This document shows positions 53,671 to 62,260 of a stretch of 64,000 bases of DNA, piece by piece. Position 1 is the stretch's first letter. Each line of letters begins with the position of its first letter. A program made the translations under genes and the position numbers. The notes beneath the pieces were generated by a model, which was not told the DNA's origin, did not search any database, and worked only from the letters and a program-made list of their open reading frames with translations. The stretch is from an uncultured Acidobacteriota bacterium (GTDB taxonomy: Bacteria > Acidobacteriota > Vicinamibacteria > Vicinamibacterales > UBA2999), in the NCBI GenBank assembly GCA_963846425.1, contig CAWJVW010000005.1, positions 2,647,350-2,711,349 of the forward strand. The letters run 5' to 3'.

Positions 53671-54159
53671 ATGACGTATAAGCAGTCGTTCACCATCGGC
53701 CTTTGCTTTATTGCTGGCTGCGCCGGAGGCTTCGTCGTCGGGTGCGGTACCGAGTCCGAGCAAACGCCCAACACTCCCGCCGCCTCCCCGGTCACCGGTG
53801 CAGGCCCGCGCGTTGTCGAAATCGCCGCCAATCGCGGATGGCAGGACAGCGGGATCTCGGTCTCACCCCAACAGAGGTTTCAATTGCGTTATCGGTCGGG
53901 CGAGATCACCGACAAGGATACGAAGATTGCGGATGCGCACGGCAGCGACTACGTGTGCGGCGACCCCGGCTGTTGCGAGCCGCTTCCCGATGAGCGCCGC
54001 GCATCCCTGGTCGCCAGAGTCGGCACGGACGTCTTTGCTGTCGGCAACGGCGGCGAATTCAGTTCGCCGTCGGGCGGTGCGATTTTCCTGCGAGTCAATG
54101 ACTGCGACGATGGGTTGGGCGACAATACTGGGCGATTGAATGTGGAATTCATTCCGTAA
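53671..54159 (+). CDS. lipoprotein with LecA/PA-IL-like beta-sandwich domain
   Basis: ATG 53671 follows GGGAG. The lipobox is in MTYKQSFTIGLCFIAGC. Also ...RGWQDSGISVSPQQRFQLRY...SLVARVG...FAVGNGGEF...GAIFLRVNDCDDGLGDNTGRLNVEF. Confidence 0.55.
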   Translation: MTYKQSFTIGLCFIAGCAGGFVVGCGTESEQTPNTPAASPVTGAGPRVVEIAANRGWQDSGISVSPQQRFQLRYRSGEITDKDTKIADAHGSDYVCGDPGCCEPLPDERRASLVARVGTDVFAVGNGGEFSSPSGGAIFLRVNDCDDGLGDNTGRLNVEFIP

Positions 54160-54269
54160 ATGTCGGATTTTTCGCACCGCCTCCCCGCTGGACAATCGCG
54201 TCAATCGCGGCCTGTCATGGATCGAGTGCTCAAGGAAGTTGTGCCGGCATTAGTACGTGCGAACGAGTC

Positions 54270-54833
54270 GTGACATCCGAAGAAGAACGGTGTGCGCAAG
54301 CGCGTAAGTTTCGGAGGATTGACGAGGCCTTCCGTGCTGGAGATCTGGCTGCGCTTCGCGCCGCCGTGGACGACCCCGACAGTGTTCCGAACGGACCGAT
54401 GCCGCTCGTCATCGGCCCCTGTCTCGTGTACGCCGTCTATCACAGCCCGCTGGCGTTCATTCGAACGCTGCTCGAAATTGGCGCCGACCCGAACTTGTCG
54501 GACCACGACGGGTTTCCCCCGCTCATCGCTGCACTCTCGTGTACGCGCGCGCAACCTGGTTCCCCGGGACGGAAGGACGTTGCGGAGATCGTGACACTGC
54601 TCCTCGAGTTTGGCGCCGATCCGTCGCTCCGTGGGATCAACGATTACACCGCGCTCCACATGGCAGTTGCTGAACGCCATCGCGACGTCGTCGAGATTCT
54701 CCTCGAGCGCGGAGCCGATCCCCACCTGCGCACGCGAATTGACGATTGTGAAACTCCGCGCGAGATGGCCGAGCATGCGGGCTTGACGGATATCGCCGCC
54801 CTGCTCGCGGCATGCGAGAAAAAGTTGAACTAA
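54270..54833 (+). CDS. ankyrin-repeat protein
   Basis: ANK units LLEIGADPNLSDHDGFPPLIAAL, LLLEFGADPSLRGINDYTALHMAV and ILLERGADPHLRT. Confidence 0.8.
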   Translation: MTSEEERCAQARKFRRIDEAFRAGDLAALRAAVDDPDSVPNGPMPLVIGPCLVYAVYHSPLAFIRTLLEIGADPNLSDHDGFPPLIAALSCTRAQPGSPGRKDVAEIVTLLLEFGADPSLRGINDYTALHMAVAERHRDVVEILLERGADPHLRTRIDDCETPREMAEHAGLTDIAALLAACEKKLN

Positions 54834-54931
54834 ACGCTCCATGATCGGGCGTCTGGGTGTAGTCTTCTGTTGGTCCGCTGGCCTCGGTGCAAGCCTGTCG
54901 GCCGACCGGCTCGTCTTTCAAAGGAGATCAG

Positions 54932-55231
54932 ATGGCTAAGAAGAGTGCCAAGAGCGCGAAGAAAGCAAAGAAGGCTCCACGTAAGGCCAACGCCGCGTTC
55001 ATGAAACCCGTGTCCCCAAGCCCCGCGCTGGCGGAGATCGTCGGCTCGAAGCCGCTCCCGCGCACGGAAGTGACCAAGAAGCTCTGGGCCTACATCAAGA
55101 AGAACGGCCTGCAGGACCAGAAGAACAAGCGGATGATCAAGGCCGACGCGGCGCTCAAGACTGTGTTCGGCGGCAAGGCCACCGTAAACATGTTCGAAAT
55201 GACGAAGCTGGTCGGCAAGCATTTGAAATAG
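54932..55231 (+). CDS. SWIB/MDM2-domain protein with Lys-rich N-terminal tail
   Basis: AAGGAG lies 5 nt upstream of ATG 54932. The tail MAKKSAKSAKKAKKAPRKAN is followed by SPALAEIVGSKPLPRTEVTKKLWAYIKKNGLQDQKNKRMIKAD. Confidence 0.85.
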   Translation: MAKKSAKSAKKAKKAPRKANAAFMKPVSPSPALAEIVGSKPLPRTEVTKKLWAYIKKNGLQDQKNKRMIKADAALKTVFGGKATVNMFEMTKLVGKHLK

Positions 55232-55284
55232 ATGAGTGGGGCCGGGCTTTGCCCGGCCACCAACTCCCGACAGCGGGAACGCAC

Positions 55285-56241
55285 ATGAGACTTCTCACTT
55301 CGCTGGTTCTTGCATGTGTGGTCTGGACGGTGGCGACAGTGGCCGGGGCCCAACCACCGCAACCACCATCTCCGCAGGGACAAGGACCAGGACAGAACCG
55401 CCCGCCGTTGACAGCCGAGCAACAGGAGGCGCAACGTGCGCGCCAGGCGGCGGCTGCGCCCGACGCTCCGCGGCCGATCGACATGCTCGATACGGTGTGG
55501 ATCGAAGAGCAGACGTGGATGGAAACTCGCGATGCGATCAAAGCGGGGAAAACGACCGCGATCATCGGAACCGGCGGCCTCGAGCAGAACGGCCCATACA
55601 ATGCGAACGGGAAACACAACTACGTGTTGCGCGCAACGTGTGAGGCAACGGCGCGCAAACTCGGCAACGCATTGTGCGCGCCAATCGTGACGCTCGAACC
55701 AGGCAACCCCGAGCGTCAAGGACTCACGCCGGGCAGCGTCTTCATCACGGCCGACACGTTCAAGGCCATCCTGTCGGACATGTCAACGAGCCTGAAAACC
55801 ATGGGCTTCACTGACATCGTGATGATCGGCGACAGCGGCGGCAACGTGAACGGCATGAAAGAGACGGCGGCGGCGCTCAACGCGAAATGGTCCGGTTCGC
55901 AGGCGCGCGTGCATTTCGTCCCCGAGTATTACGACGAAGACAAATGGAGCTTCGAGTTTCTAAAGAGCATCGGCATCGTTCAGAAGCCGGATGTGCAATC
56001 CGCGACGCGCTACGACATCCACGACGACTACCATTACGAGGCACTGGTGGCGCTCGTCGACCCGAAACTGATTCGTGCCGAGCAGCGGATGAAGGCGAAG
56101 AAGTTCAGCATCAACGGCGTCGAGATTGGGTCGATCGCCAAGATGCTCGAGAACGGCCGGAAGATTCAGGAGCATCGGGCCACGATCACGGCCAACGCCA
56201 TTCGTAAGGCGATTGCCTCGTCCAAGCCCACGCAGAACTGA
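55285..56241 (+). CDS. secreted creatininase-fold family protein (divergent)
   Basis: Signal peptide MRLLTSLVLACVVWTVATVAGA followed by a Pro/Gln-rich linker. IIGTGGLEQNGPY... and GFTDIVMIGDSGGN resemble the creatininase motifs GSxEQHGPH and NGHGGN, but with substitutions. Confidence 0.5.
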   Translation: MRLLTSLVLACVVWTVATVAGAQPPQPPSPQGQGPGQNRPPLTAEQQEAQRARQAAAAPDAPRPIDMLDTVWIEEQTWMETRDAIKAGKTTAIIGTGGLEQNGPYNANGKHNYVLRATCEATARKLGNALCAPIVTLEPGNPERQGLTPGSVFITADTFKAILSDMSTSLKTMGFTDIVMIGDSGGNVNGMKETAAALNAKWSGSQARVHFVPEYYDEDKWSFEFLKSIGIVQKPDVQSATRYDIHDDYHYEALVALVDPKLIRAEQRMKAKKFSINGVEIGSIAKMLENGRKIQEHRATITANAIRKAIASSKPTQN

Positions 56242-56247
56242 GCACTC

Positions 56248-56268
56248 GTGGACCGTAGGCCGTAGACC
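56248..56268. repeat. heptamer triplet gtggacc gtaggcc gtagacc
   Basis: It lies 7 nt after the stop at 56241. It is the reverse-complement family of the GGTCCAC array at 51993-52033. Confidence 0.75.
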
Positions 56269-56316
56269 GCTGCCCCGATTACCTATGGCCGAGCTAACTC
56301 TTGTAAACTCTGTGTA

Positions 56317-57381
56317 ATGGGGATACGCCCCACCGAACTCAACCTGCGGCTGGCGCCGCAACGACGATTCGAGGCGATCGACGTCAATACGAGGATCGTC
56401 CAGGAGGCCGGCGACATTCTCAGCCGGCACCGGCGCGCCCTGTATTGCTCGTTTCATACAACCGCCGGCTATCTCGATCAAAGCCTGTCGGCTCGGATGC
56501 GTCACAGCCAGGACCGTCTTTCGCAGTTCTTCCGGACCTTCCACGCGCTCTTCCCCCAGGGTGGCGAATACCGCCACGATCAGATGGAGTTCCGCACGGA
56601 GCTCACCGACGCGCAGAAAGAGGTCGAGCCTCGTAACGGCGACTCGCACCTCACCTACATCGGCGCCGGCCTGAGAAACTGCGTCACCTATCGCACGCGG
56701 CCGGCCGCCCCGGTGTATTTCATCGAGCTCGATGGGATGAGCGACGCGATGCGGCGCGAGCGGACGACGACCGTGCTGGCCTATGACGAAGAGCGGGTGA
56801 TCGAGCGCACGTCGGTGCGGATTCCGGTCTCCAAGCATCCGGTCGATTCGGTGAACCTGGCAGATCCTCGGCTTGGACTGCTCGACGAGGTGAATGATCT
56901 GATCGGTCGGCACGGCCTGGCGCGTGGACGCGTGGATCTCGTCATCGATCCCGCCGAGCGAAACGTGGGGCTGACCGTCAACGAGTACGAAACGTTGCTG
57001 ATGCAACACGACCTGATTGACGTGTTGAGAGATCCGCTGCGCTTCGCGAAAATCAAGGCGCGCAATGCGCTGATCGACCCGTTTGCGGTGCCAGGCAAAA
57101 CACTCAACTACGCCAAGTTCGACGCGGTCCGCGTGCTGAACTCGTTGATGGAGGCGTTGCACCTCGATCAGTCATCGTTCGAGCGCCTGGTAGCCAAAGT
57201 GATGTCCGTCCCTGCCCGGCGGTTCCTGCGATCGCGGCGCGTCAGCTTTCTCGCAGCATCCGACGCGAACCACGGCGCCCGTCTGGTCCGAGGCACGTAT
57301 CAGAGCCCGATCCTTGTCCAGTGGCAGCCGGCCGAACGCCAGGAGCGCCGGATCGCCGTAGTGCTGAGTCAACTGAGCTGA
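56317..57381 (+). CDS. hypothetical protein with YjbQ/UPF0047-like N-terminal region
   Basis: 354 aa. SFHTTAGYLDQ, GDSHLTYIGAG and GTYQSPILVQWQ faintly recall the YjbQ motifs HTTA, aHl and LGtWQ. The resemblance is weak. Confidence 0.4.
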   Translation: MGIRPTELNLRLAPQRRFEAIDVNTRIVQEAGDILSRHRRALYCSFHTTAGYLDQSLSARMRHSQDRLSQFFRTFHALFPQGGEYRHDQMEFRTELTDAQKEVEPRNGDSHLTYIGAGLRNCVTYRTRPAAPVYFIELDGMSDAMRRERTTTVLAYDEERVIERTSVRIPVSKHPVDSVNLADPRLGLLDEVNDLIGRHGLARGRVDLVIDPAERNVGLTVNEYETLLMQHDLIDVLRDPLRFAKIKARNALIDPFAVPGKTLNYAKFDAVRVLNSLMEALHLDQSSFERLVAKVMSVPARRFLRSRRVSFLAASDANHGARLVRGTYQSPILVQWQPAERQERRIAVVLSQLS

Positions 57382-57402
57382 AGAACGTACGTTGCATTGA
57401 AC

Positions 57403-57451
57403 CACAGAGGCACAGAACTCTCTGCAAAAACGTAATTCCGTGCTTCCGTGC
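57403..57451. repeat. inverted octamer repeats (cacagagg cacagaac / ttccgtgc ttccgtgc)
   Basis: Begins 22 nt after the stop at 57381. The arms are complementary apart from transitions. Same family as 30554-30620. Confidence 0.6.
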
Positions 57452-57569
57452 ACCGTCGGAAATCCTCAGAAATCCAGTCATTTGCAACCAGTGGCAAAGA
57501 AATACAAAGGATTACAACGATCTGGCGCCCCCGGACCGTATCCTGACATTACAACGACAGAGGGGAAGC

Positions 57570-57620
57570 ACCGGGTGGAGCGTCTCCAGTGAGCCGCAGC
57601 GCTTCACCCGGTTTTTTATT
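57570..57620 (+). terminator. rho-independent terminator-like hairpin + T6
   Basis: accgggtggagcg (57570-82) pairs with cgcttcacccggt (57600-12). The stem is 13 bp including one G-U pair, the loop is 17 nt, and tttttt (57612-17) follows. Confidence 0.65.
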
Positions 57621-57647
57621 TGCAGCTTACGCAGATTACGCAGATTT
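57621..57647. repeat. 9-mer repeats tgcagctta cgcagatta cgcagattt
   Basis: Sits between the terminator and ATG 57670. The same CGCAGAT(A/T) unit recurs in both orientations at 62261-62480. Confidence 0.7.
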
Positions 57648-57669
57648 GGGGTTCATAGGATCCAAGAAG

Positions 57670-57990
57670 ATGGCTGAAAACGTCACCCGAGCGAGCGTCG
57701 ATCGTCGAAGTTTCCTGCGCGGATCGGTGGTGTTTGCCGCCGCCCTCGGTCTGGCTGCCGTTCCCGCCCTGGCGCAACAGCCCGAAAAGCCACAGTCGCC
57801 ACCAAAGCCGGAAGAAGGCGAAGAGAAGAAGCCGGCCGACCCATTTGGCGAGCCCGACAAGACGAAGGACGGGAAACTCATCGACAAGGAAGGCCGCGAG
57901 TACCGCGTGTGCCCGCAGTGCGCTTACAACATGTACAAACAAGGCCGCATGTGGGTATGTGAGAACTGCGGCTACAGCTACGTCGAATAG
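57670..57990 (+). CDS. small Tat-signal protein with C-terminal zinc ribbon
   Basis: MAENVTRASVDRRSFLRGSVVFAAALGLAAVPALA (Tat RRxFLR), then a Pro/Glu/Lys-rich linker, then CPQC...CENC. Confidence 0.7.
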   Translation: MAENVTRASVDRRSFLRGSVVFAAALGLAAVPALAQQPEKPQSPPKPEEGEEKKPADPFGEPDKTKDGKLIDKEGREYRVCPQCAYNMYKQGRMWVCENCGYSYVE

Positions 57991-58019
57991 GCCGTAGGCC
58001 CCACACTCCAGGTTTAGGA

Positions 58020-58052
58020 ACGCCCGGCCCTCTGCAGAGCCGGGCGTTTTTG
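58020..58052 (+). terminator. rho-independent terminator
   Basis: acgcccggc (58020-28) pairs with gccgggcgt (58039-47) to give a 9-bp GC stem. tttttgttt follows. It lies 30 nt after the stop at 57990. Confidence 0.8.
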
Positions 58053-58070
58053 TTTGGGCGGGTTTGAGAC

Positions 58071-58577
58071 CTACTGAACGCGTTCGACCTTCTTTGCAAT
58101 CAGAACGGCTGCCTGTTTTTCGACTTCAGCCTCGATCTTCGGATCGAGATCCCACCCGACTTCGCGCTCGATCTCGACCACGGTCATCTTGCCGACCGTG
58201 CCGGTCACGCGCACTTCGTCGTTGAGCCACTGATCGTCGAGGTCCGCCAGCGACGCTGATTTCGGATAGAACACAAGCAGGTCATTGTCGATCCCCGCTT
58301 CGAGAGGCGCATCCTCGTCCAGCGCGAACGCCATCGGGCTCAGCACCTCGTCGACTTCACCGATGACCGTGATTTCCTGTCCCATGTACCGGTCGGGATT
58401 CTTCATGACGTCTTCGACGCCTATCGCTGTGTTGGCGGCTGGAGCCGCGTCGCTTGAGGCCGCTGGGGGTGCCGGCTCGGTCTGTTGCGCCGTTTTCGTC
58501 TCATTACGATCGCATCCATACACTGCGACCGACAGAGCCACAACGGCACAGGCGGTCATCGTTTTCAAGGATTTCAT
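58071..58577 (-). CDS. lipoprotein, function unknown
   Basis: Lipobox in MKSLKTMTACAVVALSVAVYGC. The protein is acidic and I recognised no family. Confidence 0.55.
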   Translation of the reverse strand: MKSLKTMTACAVVALSVAVYGCDRNETKTAQQTEPAPPAASSDAAPAANTAIGVEDVMKNPDRYMGQEITVIGEVDEVLSPMAFALDEDAPLEAGIDNDLLVFYPKSASLADLDDQWLNDEVRVTGTVGKMTVVEIEREVGWDLDPKIEAEVEKQAAVLIAKKVERVQ

Positions 58578-58674
58578 CAGGCTGCCTCCGTGAGGGCTGG
58601 GGAAGCCCTCGTCTCATCAGTTACCGAAAATATGAGGCGTACCGTGCAAGAACATTGCCTACACTTAGCGCTGC

Positions 58675-59505
58675 ATGGCCGGTCTTGCTGGAAAAACACT
58701 GTTCATCACGGGCGCCAGCCGCGGCATTGGGAAAGCCATTGCCCTTCGGGCCGCACGCGACGGCGCCAACGTCGTCATCGCGGCAAAAACAGTCGAGCCT
58801 CACCCAACACTGCCCGGTACGATTTACACCGCCGCTGAGGAGGTTGAGCGGGCTGGCGGCCGAGCGCTACCTCTTCGGGTCGACATTCGCGATGAACAGC
58901 AAGTAGATGGGGCGGTGGAACGCGCCGCCGCACACTTTGGACACATCGATGTCCTCGTCAACAATGCCTCAGCGATTTCGCTGACCGGGACACTCGACAC
59001 ACCCATGAAGCGGTTCGACCTGATGCATCAGGTCAATGTGCGCGGCACGTATCTGTGCTCGCAGAAGGTGGTGCCGCATCTTCGACGGAGCGTCAACCCG
59101 CATATCCTGAACATTGCGCCGCCCCTCGAGTCAACGTTGCAGGCGCGATGGTTCGCGCCACATGTGGCCTACACGATGGCGAAGTACGGGATGACGCTCT
59201 GTGTGCTGGGCATGGCCGAGGAGTTTCGTGCAGAGGGCATCGCCGTCAACGCCCTGTGGCCGCGGACTGCAATCGATACAGAAGCCATCCGCTTGATTGC
59301 TGGCGCGGCTGCACGTACACGCACACGGAGTCCAGAGATCATGGCGGATGCGGCCTATGTCATTCTCACGCGGCCTAGTCGGGAATGCACCGGCAGCTTT
59401 TTCATCGACGAAGACGTACTGCGAGATGCGGGTGTCACAGACCTCTCGCGCTATCAACCGGCAGGTGTCGACGAGAAAGACCTGATGCGTGATTTTTTCG
59501 TGTGA
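58675..59505 (+). CDS. SDR-family oxidoreductase (HSDL2-like)
   Basis: ITGASRGIGKAIA, NNAS and YTMAKYG (YxxxK). Confidence 0.85.
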   Translation: MAGLAGKTLFITGASRGIGKAIALRAARDGANVVIAAKTVEPHPTLPGTIYTAAEEVERAGGRALPLRVDIRDEQQVDGAVERAAAHFGHIDVLVNNASAISLTGTLDTPMKRFDLMHQVNVRGTYLCSQKVVPHLRRSVNPHILNIAPPLESTLQARWFAPHVAYTMAKYGMTLCVLGMAEEFRAEGIAVNALWPRTAIDTEAIRLIAGAAARTRTRSPEIMADAAYVILTRPSRECTGSFFIDEDVLRDAGVTDLSRYQPAGVDEKDLMRDFFV

Positions 59506-59520
59506 GCCCTTGGCGGCGGG

Positions 59521-60024
59521 TCACGATCGATAGTTGCCAAACTGGAGATGGATGCCGAAATCGTGGTTTTTCAAGAGCTGAATGGCTGCCTGAAGGTCGT
59601 CGCGAGATGGCGCCTGGATCCGAACCTGATCGCCCTGAATGGATGCCTGCACCTTTTTGAGCTTCGCGTCCTTGATAACCTTGACGATTTCACGCGCCGT
59701 GTCGGTGGGGATGCCGATCTGCAGCGTGAACACCTGCCTCACGGTTCCGGCCGACGCCGGCTCGATCTCGGCGGGTTTCAGGTTCTGCACCGGCACGTTG
59801 CGACGGACCATGCGAGTTTGGAGGATCTCCAGGAGCGCGCCAATCTTGAACTTGTCTTCTGCGGTCAGCGTTAGGGTCTTGTTCTTCTGGTCGAGCTCGA
59901 TCGAGGCTGGCGAGCCCTTGAAGTCGTAGCGCTGCGACACTTCCTTCCGCGCCTGGTTGATCGCGTTGTCCACCTCTTGCAGGTCGATCTCGGAGGTCAC
60001 GTCGAAGGAATTGATGGTGGCCAT
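59521..60024 (-). CDS. yajQ: YajQ-family (UPF0234) nucleotide/c-di-GMP-binding protein
   Basis: MATINSFDVTSEIDLQEVDNAINQARKEVSQRYDFKGS is the canonical YajQ N-terminus. Confidence 0.88.
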   Translation of the reverse strand: MATINSFDVTSEIDLQEVDNAINQARKEVSQRYDFKGSPASIELDQKNKTLTLTAEDKFKIGALLEILQTRMVRRNVPVQNLKPAEIEPASAGTVRQVFTLQIGIPTDTAREIVKVIKDAKLKKVQASIQGDQVRIQAPSRDDLQAAIQLLKNHDFGIHLQFGNYRS

Positions 60025-60118
60025 GCATCAATCGTACACGAGGGTTCACGCACCTCCGTGAACCCCTGTGAAGATGTGCTTGTTCAGCCGAACCGGGCCA
60101 GCTAGAGTAGCTGAGTCG

Positions 60119-60508
60119 ATGAGGAACTCGGCCGAACCGCTCGTCCTCGTGGTCGACGATTATCAGGACGCTCGTGATATGTACTGCGAGTACCTGAAGG
60201 CGTCAGGCTTCCGTGTGGCCGAAGCGCGCACCGGGATCGAAGCGGTCGCGAAGGCGCACGAGCTGCAGCCCGACTGTATTTTGATGGACCTTTCGCTCCC
60301 AGGCATCGATGGATGGGAAGCGACTCGCCAGCTCAAGGCTGACAAATCCACGGCCCACATACCGGTGATTGCAATTACCGGCCACACTTCAGAGCTGGCA
60401 TCCCGCGACGCGCAAGCAGCCGGGTGCTCATCATTTGTTCTCAAGCCGGCACTCCCTGATGCGGTCATCGCTGAGGTTCGCAAAGCGATGGGCGCGGCCA
60501 ATACGTAG
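60119..60508 (+). CDS. stand-alone response regulator receiver domain (CheY-like)
   Basis: LVLVVDDYQDARD, phospho-acceptor context ILMDLSLPGIDG, and IAITGH. No output domain or adjacent kinase is present. Confidence 0.85.
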   Translation: MRNSAEPLVLVVDDYQDARDMYCEYLKASGFRVAEARTGIEAVAKAHELQPDCILMDLSLPGIDGWEATRQLKADKSTAHIPVIAITGHTSELASRDAQAAGCSSFVLKPALPDAVIAEVRKAMGAANT

Positions 60509-60514
60509 GCGCGC

Positions 60515-61336
60515 ATGAGCGCGACCGGTAGCCGGCAAGTCCACGCACAGAAGGTCGGCACGGCTACGCGGTCCGATTACCACGACGTCGTGGCGGTCGA
60601 GGAACCGATGGAGGTGCGGGTCAACGGCGCTGCCTTTGCCGTCATCATGCGCACGCCCGGCCACGATCGTGAGCTGGCGGCCGGCTTTCTGCTAGCCGAA
60701 GACGTCATTCGAGACAGCCACGAGATCGCAACGATCGAATACTGCGAAGACGCTGACCAGGAGGGCCGTGAGAACACGCTGAACGTCACAGTGATCGGCG
60801 ACGCGGTGGACCGGCTCAGCACACGGCTTGGCGAACGGCGACAAGTAATGATGACGGCCTCGTGCGGCCTCTGTGGTCGCCGAACGATCGAATCACTCCG
60901 CTCACGTGTGCCGTTCGCTGACGGCCGGTGGACCGTGAAAGCCGAGATCGTCCGGGGACTCCCGCATACCCTGCGACAGTCTCAAAACGTGTTCGACACG
61001 ACCGGAGGGCTGCACGCCGCGGGACTGTTTTCGCTCGAGGGTGCATTGCAGGTGTTGGCTGAAGACGTCGGCCGCCACAATGCCGTGGACAAAGTCGTCG
61101 GCCGCCGCCTCCTCGAAGACGCCCTGCCCCTCGATCGGGCGTTGCTCGTCGTGTCGGGCCGCACGTCGTTCGAGCTCGTGCAGAAGGCGCTGCTCGCCGG
61201 CATCCCATTGATCGCTGCCGTCTCGGCGCCGTCGAGCCTGGCCATCGAGCTGGCCCAGGAATCCGGGGTCACCCTCTGCGGATTCGTGCGGGGAGACACG
61301 TTCAACGTGTATGCGCACCCTGAGCGGATCGCCTAG
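60515..61336 (+). CDS. fdhD: formate dehydrogenase accessory sulfurtransferase FdhD
   Basis: VEEPMEVRVNG, RTPGHDRELAAGFLLAE, SCGLCG and GRHNAVDK. Confidence 0.9.
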   Translation: MSATGSRQVHAQKVGTATRSDYHDVVAVEEPMEVRVNGAAFAVIMRTPGHDRELAAGFLLAEDVIRDSHEIATIEYCEDADQEGRENTLNVTVIGDAVDRLSTRLGERRQVMMTASCGLCGRRTIESLRSRVPFADGRWTVKAEIVRGLPHTLRQSQNVFDTTGGLHAAGLFSLEGALQVLAEDVGRHNAVDKVVGRRLLEDALPLDRALLVVSGRTSFELVQKALLAGIPLIAAVSAPSSLAIELAQESGVTLCGFVRGDTFNVYAHPERIA

Positions 61337-61350
61337 CGGCTGAGACGTGC

Positions 61351-61368
61351 GGTCTACGGCCGTGGACC
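61351..61368. terminator. palindrome ggtctacggccgtggacc between convergent fdhD and nei
   Basis: A 7-bp stem (one G-U pair) plus a GGCC loop, built from GTRGRCC-family heptamers. It contains the nei stop codon (61354-56). Confidence 0.4.
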
Positions 61369-62202
61369 GTCGGCCTGATTCTTTTGACACCCTGGACACC
61401 AATAGGTGACCCGCGCGTCGTCTCCATCTTTGCGACTGGCGATTGGCGTGCAGCATTTGCGACAGGGCTGACCACCGCGGCTGTACACCCAAAGGCGATC
61501 TTCGTGATTGACACGGCTGGCCGTCCGACGCAGGCCGGAATACGTGACGATAGCGGCACCTGAAGTGTCGGAGACGTTGGCCTTCAACAGCTTGCGCGCA
61601 AGCGCCATGACGCCACGAAGCTGCTCGTCGGTCAGGGCGCTGGCTGGCATGTCGGGATGGATGCCCGACAAGAACAGAATTTCGGACTTATAGACGTTGC
61701 CGATACCGCTCATCACGCGCTGATTGAGCAGCAGGGCGTGCATTGGCATGTCACCGATCTGGCGGAGGCGCGCGAGCGCCAAATCCGCATTGAAGTCACC
61801 GAGCAGGTCGGGTCCAAGCCCCGCGAGCGGCGGATGCTGCGGGAGCTTTTCTGCCCGGATGAACTCTGCGACGTAAACGTCGAAGGCGACAGCAACCCAA
61901 TCCGCAGTCTCTATCAGAATGCGCATCGCGCGTGCGGGCCTTTGCCACTTTTCGCCGTGGCGATAGATGTGCCACGACCCGTTCATCCGCATATGGGTGC
62001 GGAGCACGAGACCGCCCGAAAGCGTCATCAAGAGATGCTTGCCTGCGGACTCCACGCGCTCGACCGTACGACCTCTGATCGGCTCGCCCCGGTCAATTTG
62101 AGCGAGCGCGACGAGACCGGTCTCGAAGCGGGTGATCTGCTGACCGGCCAGCGCACGATCAAGCGTCCGCGCGGCCCTGAAGATGGTGTCGCCTTCTGGC
62201 AT
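61354..62202 (-). CDS. nei: Fpg/Nei-family DNA glycosylase (endonuclease VIII-like)
   Basis: ATG 62202 gives MPEGDTIFRAARTL (catalytic Pro2/Glu3). The C-terminal zinc finger is CRKC...CPGC. The track's longer N-terminus is read through the palindromic element. Confidence 0.88.
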   Translation of the reverse strand: MPEGDTIFRAARTLDRALAGQQITRFETGLVALAQIDRGEPIRGRTVERVESAGKHLLMTLSGGLVLRTHMRMNGSWHIYRHGEKWQRPARAMRILIETADWVAVAFDVYVAEFIRAEKLPQHPPLAGLGPDLLGDFNADLALARLRQIGDMPMHALLLNQRVMSGIGNVYKSEILFLSGIHPDMPASALTDEQLRGVMALARKLLKANVSDTSGAAIVTYSGLRRTASRVNHEDRLWVYSRGGQPCRKCCTPIASRKDGDDARVTYWCPGCQKNQADGPRP

Positions 62203-62260
62203 GACTCTGTCTTTGATTACACCAATACTCCGATACCGTGATGACTCAGAAAAGGTCAGC

